A stretch of 64,000 nt of DNA from Eutreptiella sp. 'Long Island Sound 2002' (GCA_964036045.1 OZ038378.1:171492001-171556000), one strand, 5' to 3'; counted from the first letter of the stretch, positions 12,838 to 23,924 are shown. The notes: generated from the letters alone by a model not told the origin. Translations and numbers: made by a program.

Positions 12838-13060
12838 GTGCACCAACCGGCCCATGCAATGCGTGTTGTGCCGAGATACCATCTGGTTGTATGGCATGGC
12901 CCATCATTTTGATTCAAAGCATGCCGGTTCTGCACCTCCGAGTGCCTTGTGCGTCAAGGCAGAGGAAAAGGAAATGGTGGTGAACTGGTCGGGAAAGAAG
13001 AACAACAGCAAGCGGTCTCATCATGAGATGCATGCTGAGGATGGAGGGGACGTAGCTTAG
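12838..13060 (+). pseudogene. C2H2-like zinc-finger fragment, probably transposon-derived
   Basis: Seen: CTNRPMQCVLCRDTIWLYGMAHHFDSKH has C-x2-C...H-x4-H spacing. It is followed by a basic patch and then a (TCC/TCG)n run at ~13110-13187. Confidence 0.45.
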
Positions 13061-13355
13061 GGCCCTCCTAGTGCCAGCACAGCACCAGCCCCGCACCCCA
13101 AGAGGATCAAGTCCTCCTCCTCCTCGTCCTCCTCGTCCTCCTCGTCCTCCTCGTCCTCCTCGTCCTCCTCCTCCTCCTCCTCCTCCGAGGCATCTTCCGG
13201 GGCGGAGCGTTCTCGCCCGTTGCAGAGTGTAGGGAGGAGGAACCAGGTGTTTAGTTGGCAGCCAAAGAAGAGGTCGGCCGCCGCAGCATATGATTCTGAT
13301 AGCTCATCAAGTGAAGGTGAGTTATTTAAGTAAGGGCTTTTTCCTGTGCCCTTAT

Positions 13356-13475
13356 TAGGTCGATACGCAGAAAGTGTTCCAAGGAGCCACTCTTGGTCTT
13401 AGGCCCCTCCCTCCTTAGGTCGATCCGTAGAAAGTGTTCCAAGGAGTCAATCTTGGTCTTAGGCCCTTCTTTTTC
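13356..13475. repeat. 60-bp tandem duplication, 2 copies
   Basis: Seen: TAGGTCGAT.CG.AGAAAGTGTTCCAAGGAG...TCTTGGTCTTAGGCCC at 13356 and 13416. Confidence 0.9.
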
Positions 13476-13655
13476 ATTCCTCGAAACATTTGGGGAGAAG
13501 GCTGCTGCAAGTGTGGTGTAAGCGGGGAGGGGTGATGTACCATCATGGCGGTGTGGTCCGAGGCCACCGCCCCAAGTTGCTATGACCACACGTTTGCAGT
13601 TGCATTCCAACCCCTATATATATAAATATAAATATATATATATATATCCTCCAAT

Positions 13656-14849
13656 CTACACCCCTCTCCCAACTCTAGGTGGCTCCACCACACGGCTCTA
13701 AGGTACGTGCGAAGGGCACAAAGTGGTGCATACATGTGGTGGAAGGGGCTAAACTCGGTCAAAACGGGCTCAAAACGGGCTAAAAACACTTGTTTGAGCA
13801 TCCCAAATGGTCCAGGATCACTTTTGGAAAAACACGTTTTAGACCCATTTTTGACCCATTTTTGGTCCCAAAATGGCCCATTTTCAGGGCATTTTGGCAT
13901 TTTCCATGAGCCAAAACCCGTCGCCACGGGCTCAAAACGGGCTAAAACCACTTGTTTGAGCATCATAAATGGTCCAGGATCTTTTTTGGAAAAGCGCGTT
14001 TTTGACCCATTTTTTACGCATTGTTGGTCCCAAAACGGCCCATTTTCAAGGCATTTTGGGATTTTCCATGGCCCAAAACGCGCCACCACGGGCTCAAAAC
14101 GGCCTAAAAACACTTGTTTGAGCATCCCAAGTGGTCTAGGAACAACTTTGGAAAAAATGATTTTTTTTCGCCCCGGGGACCCTGGTGGACCCACCGTTGG
14201 CCCCCACTGTGCGTGGGCTGGCCGGCCCTCCGGCTGCACCAAGTGACCTCTGGTACGGGGGTCTACGTGTCTCGTTGGGCGATTCTGAGGCTTGGAAACC
14301 ATAAAAAGTGGGGGGTTGCGGGTGGACTAGGTGCCTCCGGAATTCGTTTTTGAGGCACTTAGCCCAAGCTACGGCCCGTGCTTGGTTTCGGGGTGCTGGT
14401 GCACATTGCGCAGTTTTTGGGGCTTTTTGGCGCCTTTTTGGGCCGTTTCTCGGACATATCGTGGAGTTAGAGGGCACCAAAGGTCCCTTGGTCACGAGAA
14501 AGTCAAGCCGCACGTGGAGTGTAGCAGCCGTTTGCCTTCGTTTGGCTGTTTTGAACCCGTACTAGGGCTGTTTTGGGCGAAAAATGGCTGTTTTTGGCCC
14601 AAAACTGCGCAGATTCGGGAGGGCACCTCCCGACTTGGCGCCCCCGCCCCGGGCCGCCACCGGTGAGTTTCTGGCTCAAAACTTGGATTTGGCAAGGCCA
14701 CCACCTAGGCTCTAGGATGGCTAAAGTAGAGTCAAGCCCGAGGCGTTGGGAAGGTGCAATGACCAAAACGGCACGGAGACGTGCTTGTAGTTGTAGTTGT
14801 TGCTTGTTGCTTGTTGTTGTTAGCTAAATTTAAGGGGAGAGGGGTGTAG
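13656..14849. mobile_element. Non-autonomous TIR element (~1.2 kb) flanked by (TA)n tracts
   Basis: Seen: perfect 15-bp inverted repeat CTACACCCCTCTCCC (13656-13670) / GGGAGAGGGGTGTAG (14835-14849), with AT microsatellites outside both ends. A diverged relative lies at ~44040-45520. Confidence 0.7.
13766..14165. repeat. 162-bp tandem repeat, ~2.4 copies
   Basis: Seen: GGGCTCAAAACGG.CTAAAA.CACTTGTTTGAGCATC at 13766, 13928 and 14090. Confidence 0.9.
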
Positions 14850-15454
14850 TAATATATATATCTTTGTATGTATGTATGTATGTCTTGTGGCATGGTGTAA
14901 CTCTAATCCCATGGCCGCCTCAGGAGCCCACCCCCGTGAGGTTCCCAGTGTGGCTGGGAATACCCAAGCCGATGATACCCTACCCTCTATTGGGGGAAGG
15001 GGCGGTGCGAACTATTGGATCACACCTGGGCCGCATACCCAACTGTTCGGAGGTGCCCGACCCCCCCCCCCCTCCCCCCGGGAACCCCGGGAACCGCCCT
15101 CCCTGGCGCCCCTCCCAGAACCCCCCCCCCCCTCCAAGCCCCCCCCCCCCCCCCCCCCCCCCCTCCAGGGGCCTTCGGCCAGCTGTTAGTTGGGGGGGTA
15201 GTTGGCGTCCAGGACCGAGGGGTCGCCCCCCCCGTGGAGGTGCCGTGTTGTTGCGTAGAAATGGGATGGCTGGTGAACGCCACGCGGCAGCTGCCACCGA
15301 ACCTCGACCAGGGAAGCACAATCGACCCACCGCCCAAGCCGCACCGCAAAAGGGCGGGGGAAGACACGCCGGCGGCGCACGTGTGGGCCCGGCTGGGCTT
15401 GACAGAAATGGCCTCTCCCGCGAGCACGGAGACGTCTAGGGCAGGGGATAAACC

Positions 15455-17266
15455 ATGGTCATCCCATACCGAAGACTGTGTTGGTTAGCACGGCAGGCGC
15501 GTACGAGAGGCACGCCCCAAATAGTCATACAGGCGGTGTGGGAGACCACACCAGCACCAAAGACGACGGGTCTGCTTGGCCGGGCCCTGCAAGAATTCCG
15601 CAAGCTGGCATGGCAGCCGCTGGCGGGGTGGTGGACGTGGACGTACCCGGGGGCACATGCCCCAATCAACTTGGCGCTGGACTCACAATCATTCGTGGAA
15701 CACGTCTTCCAAGAGGCCGTGCGCCAGCAACGGTTGCGCAAGCTTGAGGCCAGGCGGCCCCAACTGTTTGGGGGCATGGACGCGCGCATACACCGGGGCC
15801 TCACGCTGGCTCACACCGCAGAGTGCGACAATGAGCTGGTCAGGGCCCTACTGCGGGGAGTCCCGGCGGGGGTGCTGCGGACGGCAGTCCGAGTTCATGC
15901 GAGGGGTCTCAGGCCAACGAACACATGCCCGCATTGCACAGCGGGAGTACCCGGGGACGAAGAGCACCTGCTCTGGTGGTGCAGCGCCTGGACAAAGGAC
16001 AGAGCACCCTTCATCGCGGACGTCATGCTGTTGGCCAGGGGTTTACGGCTGGGATCCCTGAGGGACCGGCCACCGTGCCTGCGGCTGTGTGGAATCGTGC
16101 TAGAGAAAGTGGTGAGAACTAGTGGTATGGACCACGATAGTCGCTGGCGCAAGCGCTGCAACAGACTGTACCGCATTCCGCGGAGTTGGCTGTCCCTGCC
16201 CGAGGGGGACCTGGAGCCTAAGAGGCGGGAGCTGCATTGACTGGCGGAGGCCGGGCGCCAATGGGTTGCGGGGGACCGACACCCGTGGGAATTTTTCATG
16301 ACGTGCCTGCATGGCATGTTCACGGCAGTGCTGCGGGCCAGAAAGCTCAAGGACGACGAGTGTGATTGCTGTTTCCGATCCAGACCCAAAACAACAAACG
16401 GGACACCTACCCGTGGTACCAGCTCCACCTCCCGCAGCTCCACGGGGTACCCTCGGAAGCCCCGGTCATCGGACAATTGCCAAGGGAGTGGAAGTGGGGA
16501 CCCGACTTGCTGCCCATGGTGCTACGGTGGCACTCCAAGCTGACGTGGCTGAAACTGCCCTAGATGCACGCGCACACCACGCAGGTGCATTGGCAGGTGT
16601 CTTTCATGGAATTGGCCCTGGACTTCGAAGCATTCGCAGGGCGGCCCCTGCCGCCGGCCCCGCAAGCCAAGTCCGCCGGGGGGCCCTCAAGCCATGTCCC
16701 TCCAGGAAAAGGGCAGGGTGCTGCGGCTGATTGTCACCCTGCTGGGCAGGGCCACAGAGCAGGAATCCATTTTCCCAGCCAAGATGACGCACCACTGCTG
16801 ATCTCTCACCTCAATGGGGGCTGGCATAGTCATGGGATTGGAGGGCTGCCTTGTCTTCACTCCACTGATGGTAGTGTGGAACCACCCCGAAAGGCGCAGA
16901 GCTTTTGGGGAAGCCAGGTGGGCGCAAAAGCAGAGGACACACACCTCAAAGCGCCAAGCCAAGGCGAGGGGCCAAACCAAGAAACCAGTGGAGAAGCCAC
17001 CGGCAAGACCAACCGACTCGGAGAAAAAGTGCTGCCCAGCAAAGGGAGGGGCGAAGAGCGTGCTGCGTCACTGTGCGACCGACTTCTATGCTAAGCGAGA
17101 GAGAGGCGACCGACCAGAGGAGCGGCGAATCTGCAGCGATGTGGAGGGCGCGGGGGGTGGACGGCCCACAATTCCCATCTTCACACCACGGGTGGCCCGG
17201 AATGGGGCCCGGAGAAAGGAAACCAGAAGGCGCACGACAAAGTTGTGGGTCCGCGAAGGCGCCTGA
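15455..17266 (+). mobile_element. Non-LTR retrotransposon post-RT/C-terminal region, decayed; possibly the continuation of the 11560 element
   Basis: Seen: a CCHC-type knuckle CPHCTAGVPGDEEHLLWWC (zf-RVT-like) in the 261-aa ORF, continuing over several broken frames. Linkage to the 11560 RT is inference. Confidence 0.65.
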
Positions 17267-17822
17267 CAAAGTCTTGGGTCTGCGAACGGCATGGGAACCC
17301 CCCTTGCTCGACGTGTGCTTTGACGCACCGGGGAGTACGGCATTGCTGCAGCAAGGGTCACCGCGGCCACCCGAAGGGAGTGTGTGTACCGTGCACACCA
17401 CGACACACACAAATGTGTGCGCGGCTAGCCAGCCAATGCACCCTGGGGGCGGGGGGGCCGCCAGCACCGAAGCGACTTATGGGAGACCCCCCCCCCCCCC
17501 GGGGGGGGCCTGCATGCACGCAACAAGCCCACCCAGCCCGCGGCCCCCGACAACGGGGCGAGGGGGATGAAGCGAACGACCCGGCAAGCAACAGCGCTTG
17601 GTGCGCCCAGCGGAACGGCACAGCTCCGTGGGCACGGAAGTGACATAAACACACTTTCCAAAGAGGCTCTGGCCTAGGCGAGGGCCGCGTGCGGGGGGAG
17701 GAGCCCTCTTTCCACCCACCGTCAGGAACACAGGTCCATATGCGGGCACCCCCCTCCTTTTGCAAGCGGCCCATAGACCCATGCAAGTTTTCCTCTTTAA
17801 TTTGGCATTCACCCTTGATAGG

Positions 17823-17872
17823 ATACACACACACACACACACACGCACACACACACACACACACACACACCA
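17823..17872. repeat. (CA)n microsatellite
   Basis: Seen directly. Confidence 0.95.
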
Positions 17873-18625
17873 CAAAGCACTACCTAGGCCCCACAGCACG
17901 GCATAGGCAAGGCCTACGGTCTATCAGCACACCGTGCACGCGCCGGGCATCTTTTTTTGACCATTCCCCGCCCGTGCCTATTTTTGCCCCCACCTCACCC
18001 AACAATTGGGAGTACCTTCTCGCCGTGTCTAAGAATTTGGCCCATCCTTTGCACCCAGTTTATGACGATGGCAAGGGTGGTGGTTGGAAGTGGTGGGAGT
18101 GACATTTTGTGTTGTTGAATTCTCATATTTCGGCTTGTACAAGGTGCCTTGCAAGGAAGGTTTGCGGTCTAGTGCAGTCTACTTCGGGGACTTCCCAAGG
18201 TGAGGATAAATTTGGTGCTAGAGATAAGATACCTAATGCCACGGTAGCGCGCTGGGCGCGCCGGGCAAGCATTCCCCTTTGGTGGGAGGACCACCCATAG
18301 CACTGCACTGCCTAGGCCCCACACCATATCTTGGGGGGGAGAAACACCCACTGAACATGCGTTGGCGGTGAATCCCTGAACCAACTAGCAACATGTTTGA
18401 ACATGGTGCGCACCATTGATCTTAGGCGTCACAAGTTGCCCACCCTCTAGGACCCCGTATACGCGCGATGTGAGAATATTCTACTTTTGTACTTTGAGTA
18501 TGCTATTTGACATATGTGACCGATGTTGTTGGCAGCGCTGTGTGACACCCATTGAAATACGTGTTGATGTGTTAGCCTTGTGTATCCACTTCTTCTAGTG
18601 TGTTGTATTTGACGTTCTTCTGAAG

Positions 18626-18926
18626 CTGGCAGAAAATGAGGCCAGCTTTTGGGTAACACGGCAAACAACTATGTGTATATGCAGTTTTTGACCCTTCTGG
18701 CCGAAATTTCGGCCAGCTTTTGGGTTTCTTGGTGAATAGGTATAGTTATTTTCATTTTTCTTCGGGCTGGCCGAAATTTTGGCCAGCTTTTTGGTCTGTT
18801 CACTATTCAAGCACTCATATTCCGGTTTTTGGTCGGTCTAGCTGAAATTTCGGCCAGCTTTTCCTATTCTAGTACATATAAGCAATTGTTTCCCCTTCGA
18901 ACACACCAGGCCGAAATTTCGGCTAG
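18626..18926. repeat. Array of five 20-bp palindromes (CTGGCCGAAATTTCGGCCAG consensus) with ~50-bp non-identical spacers
   Basis: Seen: copies start at 18626, 18697, 18767, 18838 and 18907 (spacing 71, 70, 71, 69). Each is followed by CTT, and the spacers differ. Confidence 0.9.
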
Positions 18927-18997
18927 CTTGCAATTGTCATTGTTCATGTGTATTCCACCTTACACTCCTACATAACTGTTTTCTTGTCTCAGTAGTA

Positions 18998-20828
18998 ATG
19001 TCTTCTGCTATTACTGTCAATGTCGTGCATGCTGCAGTTACTGGTGCTTTTGCTACTACAGCCAAAGGGCTATTGCGAAATGCATTACGTGGTGGGACTC
19101 TGCAAAAGCTTTTGCAATTCTGCCTTATGTTGCGGAAGAATCACAGGAGCCGGCACTCTATGACACAGTTGAAGGCTGCCGCCACCGAGAAGAAGCCCCC
19201 ACGATGGTACATGACATTTTTGTCACAGTTCGATGCCCTATATTGCCTTCTGCGTCGTATGGCCCTCCCATACTCTAACTGTGGGTCTGGTTACAACTGG
19301 GGTATTATGTCCTGCCGCCAACGCCGTAAGGTAGGAGTCCTTGGTCAGTGTAACACTAAGCAGGAGTCCATTCACCATCGTGGTGGACTAGCAGCACACA
19401 ACTTGTGGAACACCATGCACCGTAGGCAAGTTTGTATATGGTTTGATAACCTGAAGCGTTACAGGTCGGGAGCCGATCCCCATTCACCCGACTTAACCCT
19501 AAACTGTACAGCTGTTGCTGTTTTGCGAACTACTGCCCTACCTGCATATCCGGGTCTACCGGAGCTGGCCGAAATTGAGGCTAGGGTACCAAAGGTTGCA
19601 GATGACATCTTTCGCTCACATAGAGCATTGTTTGATCGTATTGATGTTGCCGACCAAGGTATTCAGAGAGTTTGGGTTCGTGCTCCTTTAGATATTGCCA
19701 GAAAAAATGTTCGTTCCCTCAACTGGAGACCCTTATTCCTGTCTGAGCTCCGCTCCGGCACACACAAAGAGCTTTTGCAACTCGTGGTTGATTTGTCATG
19801 TGTGGAACACCGCACCAGGCACTGTGTTCCACTGCTTGTGGACATGAAAATACACTTTGCCCTACTGTGTTATGGTGCCGCTTATGTTCCGTGGAATGTA
19901 CCGCAACTACTTTTGGGTTGTATACGGTGTATGGCATAGCTATAAGTACTGTGTTGAGTTGATCTACAGGGCCTTCCTGCCATTCATTAAGTGTTTGGAG
20001 CAGGGGAATAGCCTTCAGGTTGGGTCTATCCTACCTCGCAAGGTCAAGGTCATCCATATGGAGAAGACCTTGCTTGGACTCATGCTAGCCACAACGTCCA
20101 ATAGAGGCAGACTAGATGAGCGTGTGACTGCCCTGGTGAGTAGCCAGCGGGACTTGACACCCATTCAGCGCAAGGGTCTGCGTATGTTATTAGCCCTTAA
20201 GGCTTTGCTGTACGCATACTGTCCAGTTGCTTTCAGCATTGGGACTTTGGTGCGTGAGTGCAACTGAGAGTCCCGCGGGGCAGGTTCCGGGATTCTTGCT
20301 AAGCAATCACTTGAGATGTCCCTACTGCTCATGCTGAACATCATAAAGCCCGAGGAGCAGTTAGCCACGGAGTATGTGAAAACCACTGCTGTTGCTCTTT
20401 TGTTTTGGAGTCAGTGGCATTGCGCCTCCTTAGGGTGTATCCACTCTGAGGAGCTGGGCGAGGCACTTCTGAGTCGGTTCTTAGCCCACTGTCGTCGCAA
20501 CACTGCCTATAACAGTGTCCAACAGTCGTCTGATTTGTTTCTAACACTTCCCCCTGTCCAACCGGGAGAGAAAGTTTTGCGTGATGTGCTGACTGAGAGA
20601 TCTGTGGCAATGTTCTCTGCCAATCTGAAACAATTCATCTTGACAGCCCATACACAGAGCCTGCCGATATGTGTTCCCGTTCCTGACTATAAAGTTGAGG
20701 TGAGAAGACTGGATGCAGTTGAGGATCTGTCTTTCCCCGGTACCATGTCTAGGACACGAATCACCACACACCGGTTAAAAGTGGTTCTGTTGCATGCAAT
20801 GCAAAATCTGGGGTCTCCTTTTTTATAA
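18998..20828 (+). pseudogene. Putative DDE transposase (~610 aa reconstructed) with one frameshift and one nonsense codon
   Basis: Seen: ORFs 18998-19939, 19857-20267 and 20316-20828 join via a frameshift near 19910 and an in-frame TGA at 20265-20267 (CN*E). Candidate catalytic motifs are VCIWFDNL (D 19445), VPLLVDMKIH (D 19841), YGVWHSYK (H 19935) and SEELGEALLSR (20445-20477). Transposase function is inferred from position inside the TIRs and from motif order. Confidence 0.6.
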
Positions 20829-20923
20829 AGTCACTCGTATGTGTGTTGTTGTATTCTTCTCGATAGTACCGTTTTCGTGTCTGATTTTTCGACCCTGCTG
20901 TTTCTAATACTACTGTTCCGCAG

Positions 20924-23051
20924 CCACTCGCTGGGTTCTGTTGGGGGGTCAGCATGTGTACACTGCTGCCCAAAAACACAAGACGGAATTTGAGATGAAA
21001 AATATGGAGACTCCGGATTGGACCTTGGTATTTGGTGGTTATGAAGTCAAACAGGATTGCCCCCTGCGGACTAGGCGCCGGCTTGCAGGCTTACATCAAA
21101 TTCAGACCACTGCTGGCTCAGCATCCACCACATCGGAGCGAATGTCCCTACTCCTGGATAGGCTTGAGGATGAGGATGCCAATGAGCACACCCTTTTGCA
21201 TCACATTACTGTTATGCTTGAAGAGTGTGGTGTTACTGCCGAGGAAGGCACTGTGGTGTGTTTCGTTTATTAACTCGGTTCTGTCGATCGACCTGGCCGA
21301 AATTTCGGCCAGCTTCTCTATTCCACATTTTCTCCTGTGCAGACTGTTGTTGCCAAACGGTGGGGTGGCGTTGGGCGTTTGGTGAAATTTGTGGGTCTTG
21401 CTGCAGTAGACGCCATGGCAGCCATGGAGAAGCGTGGATTACATCCCGCACTGGGTACGTTCAAGGAAGTGGAAGGCATCACGCCTAACCGACTTCGCGA
21501 CATCGTAGGTTACATGGATGGGACAAAAAGTACCCTACCTGGTCTCAAAAAATTATATAAAAGATGTTAAAAAGGCCCAGATGTGGTCTTGGCACATCCT
21601 TCATCCCGAGGCGGTTACCAATGGGCTTGTGAACAACACCACAGGTATGTTTTGGTCAAACAAGGGTTTGTATTCGAATAAATCGACCGACCTGGCCGAA
21701 ATTTCGGCCAGCTTGTGTGTCGTTGAACTAATGCACAATAGGATCCCACTCTGTGACACCACCTATCTGCAGCTACACTTGGTACTATCGAGATGGCCAA
21801 AAGGCAGTGCGCTATTGCATCACACCTGAAGGTAGCCTATGGCAGCTGGACCTGGACTGAAGAAAACCCCTGGCCACCGTGGTCAGCAGTAATTAAGGCA
21901 CGTGTTTGGAAGGAACCCAAATATGAGGGGTTGCGGGGATTGTTGCTGAAGCCTGTTGCTAAGCCTATTTGTGAAAAATCGGATACTGGTCTGGTTAGTA
22001 TCCAGTGTGCTAGGGAGTCCCTCGTTGAGACAAGCCCAGGCAAACTCATTGCAGAGTCAGGCCGTGTGGAACTGATGGCAATGCGTTGTGGAGTCCATGT
22101 TCCCAGTATCATTAGTTCACTGCCCTTTGCTGCTTGCGTCATTGAGGTGCCCCGCCTCTATACAGCTGGTTTGCATAACCTGGTTGCGCAGCTGCTTCTG
22201 TCCGGTGTGCCTGTGTTCATTGCGGGTGAGTCTGCTGATGTGAAAGCCACTGTTGCTGCTTTGAAGGCCACTGTAGCTGAGGATATGTATCAGTGTGATG
22301 TTTCAATTTACAATTTGTCAACCAAGACCCCGTTGTATACTTCCACTTCCCATCTGGTTTCCATTTGTTCTGCCACCGCCTTTGATACCAAGTTGCCCCG
22401 TTACGTGGCTTATACTGAAGGACCCATGTCCTCTGTGATGCCTGTTGAGATATTCTCATTTCTTTTGAGCCTGGTTCCGGTCCCAGAACGGGCAGGCAAC
22501 TGGTTTCTGCTGGGGACTCTGTCTGTGTACTTTGCAAGCATGATGTCTACTAGGTTTTCCAAGGACTGTAATGTTGTGTGTGCCCTTTTGGGTGAGGAGA
22601 CTGCCGTGCCTGATGAGTTTGTTCAGTCCATCAGAGCGGCTATCACCAACGCCGACACGTGCCCCCCCAAGTCATGGGAGGATGTGTACCATGACTTGGG
22701 GGCAGGTTTTCCTGTGGATTGTCCTGGGGTTAGGTATGTAGATGAGGATCCCGAGGAGCAAGATGGGGAGGCAGAGTCGCAACCAGAGACACACACTCCA
22801 AAGAAGAAACCCAAAACTGCCCCTGCCCCCTCACCTAGTGGCACGCAGTGCGCTCAAGCCACCCCCGCTTCCTCCTCAGGCACTGTGGCAGAGGTATGAA
22901 TGCTTTCGTGAATCATTTTTCACCATCCCAGGGTGGAAACACACAGTCACAGAACTTTGCCACTGCCAAGCCTGCTGCTGCAGCCACTGCCAAGCCTCCT
23001 GCTAACACAGGTGCTAAGAAGCCCCGTGCATCTGGTCTGCGCAAGCGCTAA
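20924..23051 (+). pseudogene. Second transposon gene, multi-exon, unknown function, with a K/A/P-rich basic C-terminal tail
   Basis: Seen: predicted GT-AG introns 21256-21342, 21645-21741 and 22894-22931. Splicing the first joins EEGTV to TVVAKRW in frame. Splicing the last joins SGTVAE to GGNTQ...KKPRASGLRKR*. A 368-codon open stretch runs 21793-22899. Probable frameshifts near 21560 and 21857. Confidence 0.55.
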
Positions 23052-23924
23052 TGCCACTCCTAATGCTTCTATTGCCTGTCAGTATGAAGTCTGGCCGAAA
23101 TTTCGGCCAGCATGCAGTCTTCAGCCTCTTATTATTGTGTTTCTCCACAGGCACTGCAAAAGTTTGTTTTGATTGGTCAGGTGGCAAGTATTTGCTTGTA
23201 ATTGAGTATATTACGTTGCACACCATGTTGAAATGTCAATGCTCCTGTGTTCCTTGCTCCTGCGTATTGTCATAGATACCCATTTCAGTGATCATATTCC
23301 GAGTTTCGATGGACCTGGCCGAAATTTCGGCCAGCTCTTCGAAAAACGTCCAAACACATGGTCCTATTTGGCAGACAGGCCTAAGCTGGCCGAAATTTCG
23401 GCCAGGTTGGTTAAAATAGGAAATACAGGTACATGCTTTTGGGATAGTTTTCTGTGTGCTTCGATGAAAGGTATGTTTGGGGTTCCCTTACCTGTGGTGT
23501 ATAGGGGGGTTCTGTGATCACCCGGGAACAAAGGGGAGAGAAAGAATAGGCAGCCCCCCCCCCCCCCCCCGCACTGGAATGCAGTGGTCTAAATGTAAAA
23601 CAACACTATATTTTGGTGATTGTATATCTTTATTTTGAAAATCTGTGTGTTGCCAGAAATGCAAATAATGGCATATATTTGAAATACACACCTTGTTTTT
23701 GCATGTTGCCACCAGGGGGGTATGGATACCCAAAAAATAACACCCCTTTTCACATACTTTTCCCCTCACTACAACATGGACTTCCGTGGGCCATAGCGCC
23801 AGGTGGGGGGTGGGCAACTTGTGACGCCTAAGTTGATGGGTAACACTTGGTGATCCGGAACCCACTGGCCCTTTGTTACATTTCCCACATCACTGGTGGT
23901 GAGCACCCTCCAAACTTCACCGTC

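Larger units (their letters stand above)
18421..23832 (+). mobile_element. Complete two-gene DNA transposon (5412 bp) of unassigned superfamily
   Basis: Seen: perfect 25-bp TIRs CTTAGGCGTCACAAGTTGCCCACCC (18421-18445) / GGGTGGGCAACTTGTGACGCCTAAG (23808-23832). 5-bp TSD TTGAT at 18416-18420 and 23833-23837. Two head-to-tail + strand coding regions and 11 internal palindrome copies. Confidence 0.88.

Noticed and set aside
13580-14302. 240-aa and 179-aa overlapping ORFs as proteins
   Set aside because: They are translations of the 162-bp tandem repeat, open on both strands, with no domain.
18626-18926. Formal CRISPR call for the palindrome array
   Set aside because: No cas-like gene is present, and the same motif occurs singly in introns and at the other end of a TIR element. 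Reported as a repeat and a finding instead.
23223-23242. Additional degenerate palindrome copy (CATGTTGAAATGTCAATGCT)
   Set aside because: Too many mismatches and off the 70-bp phase.
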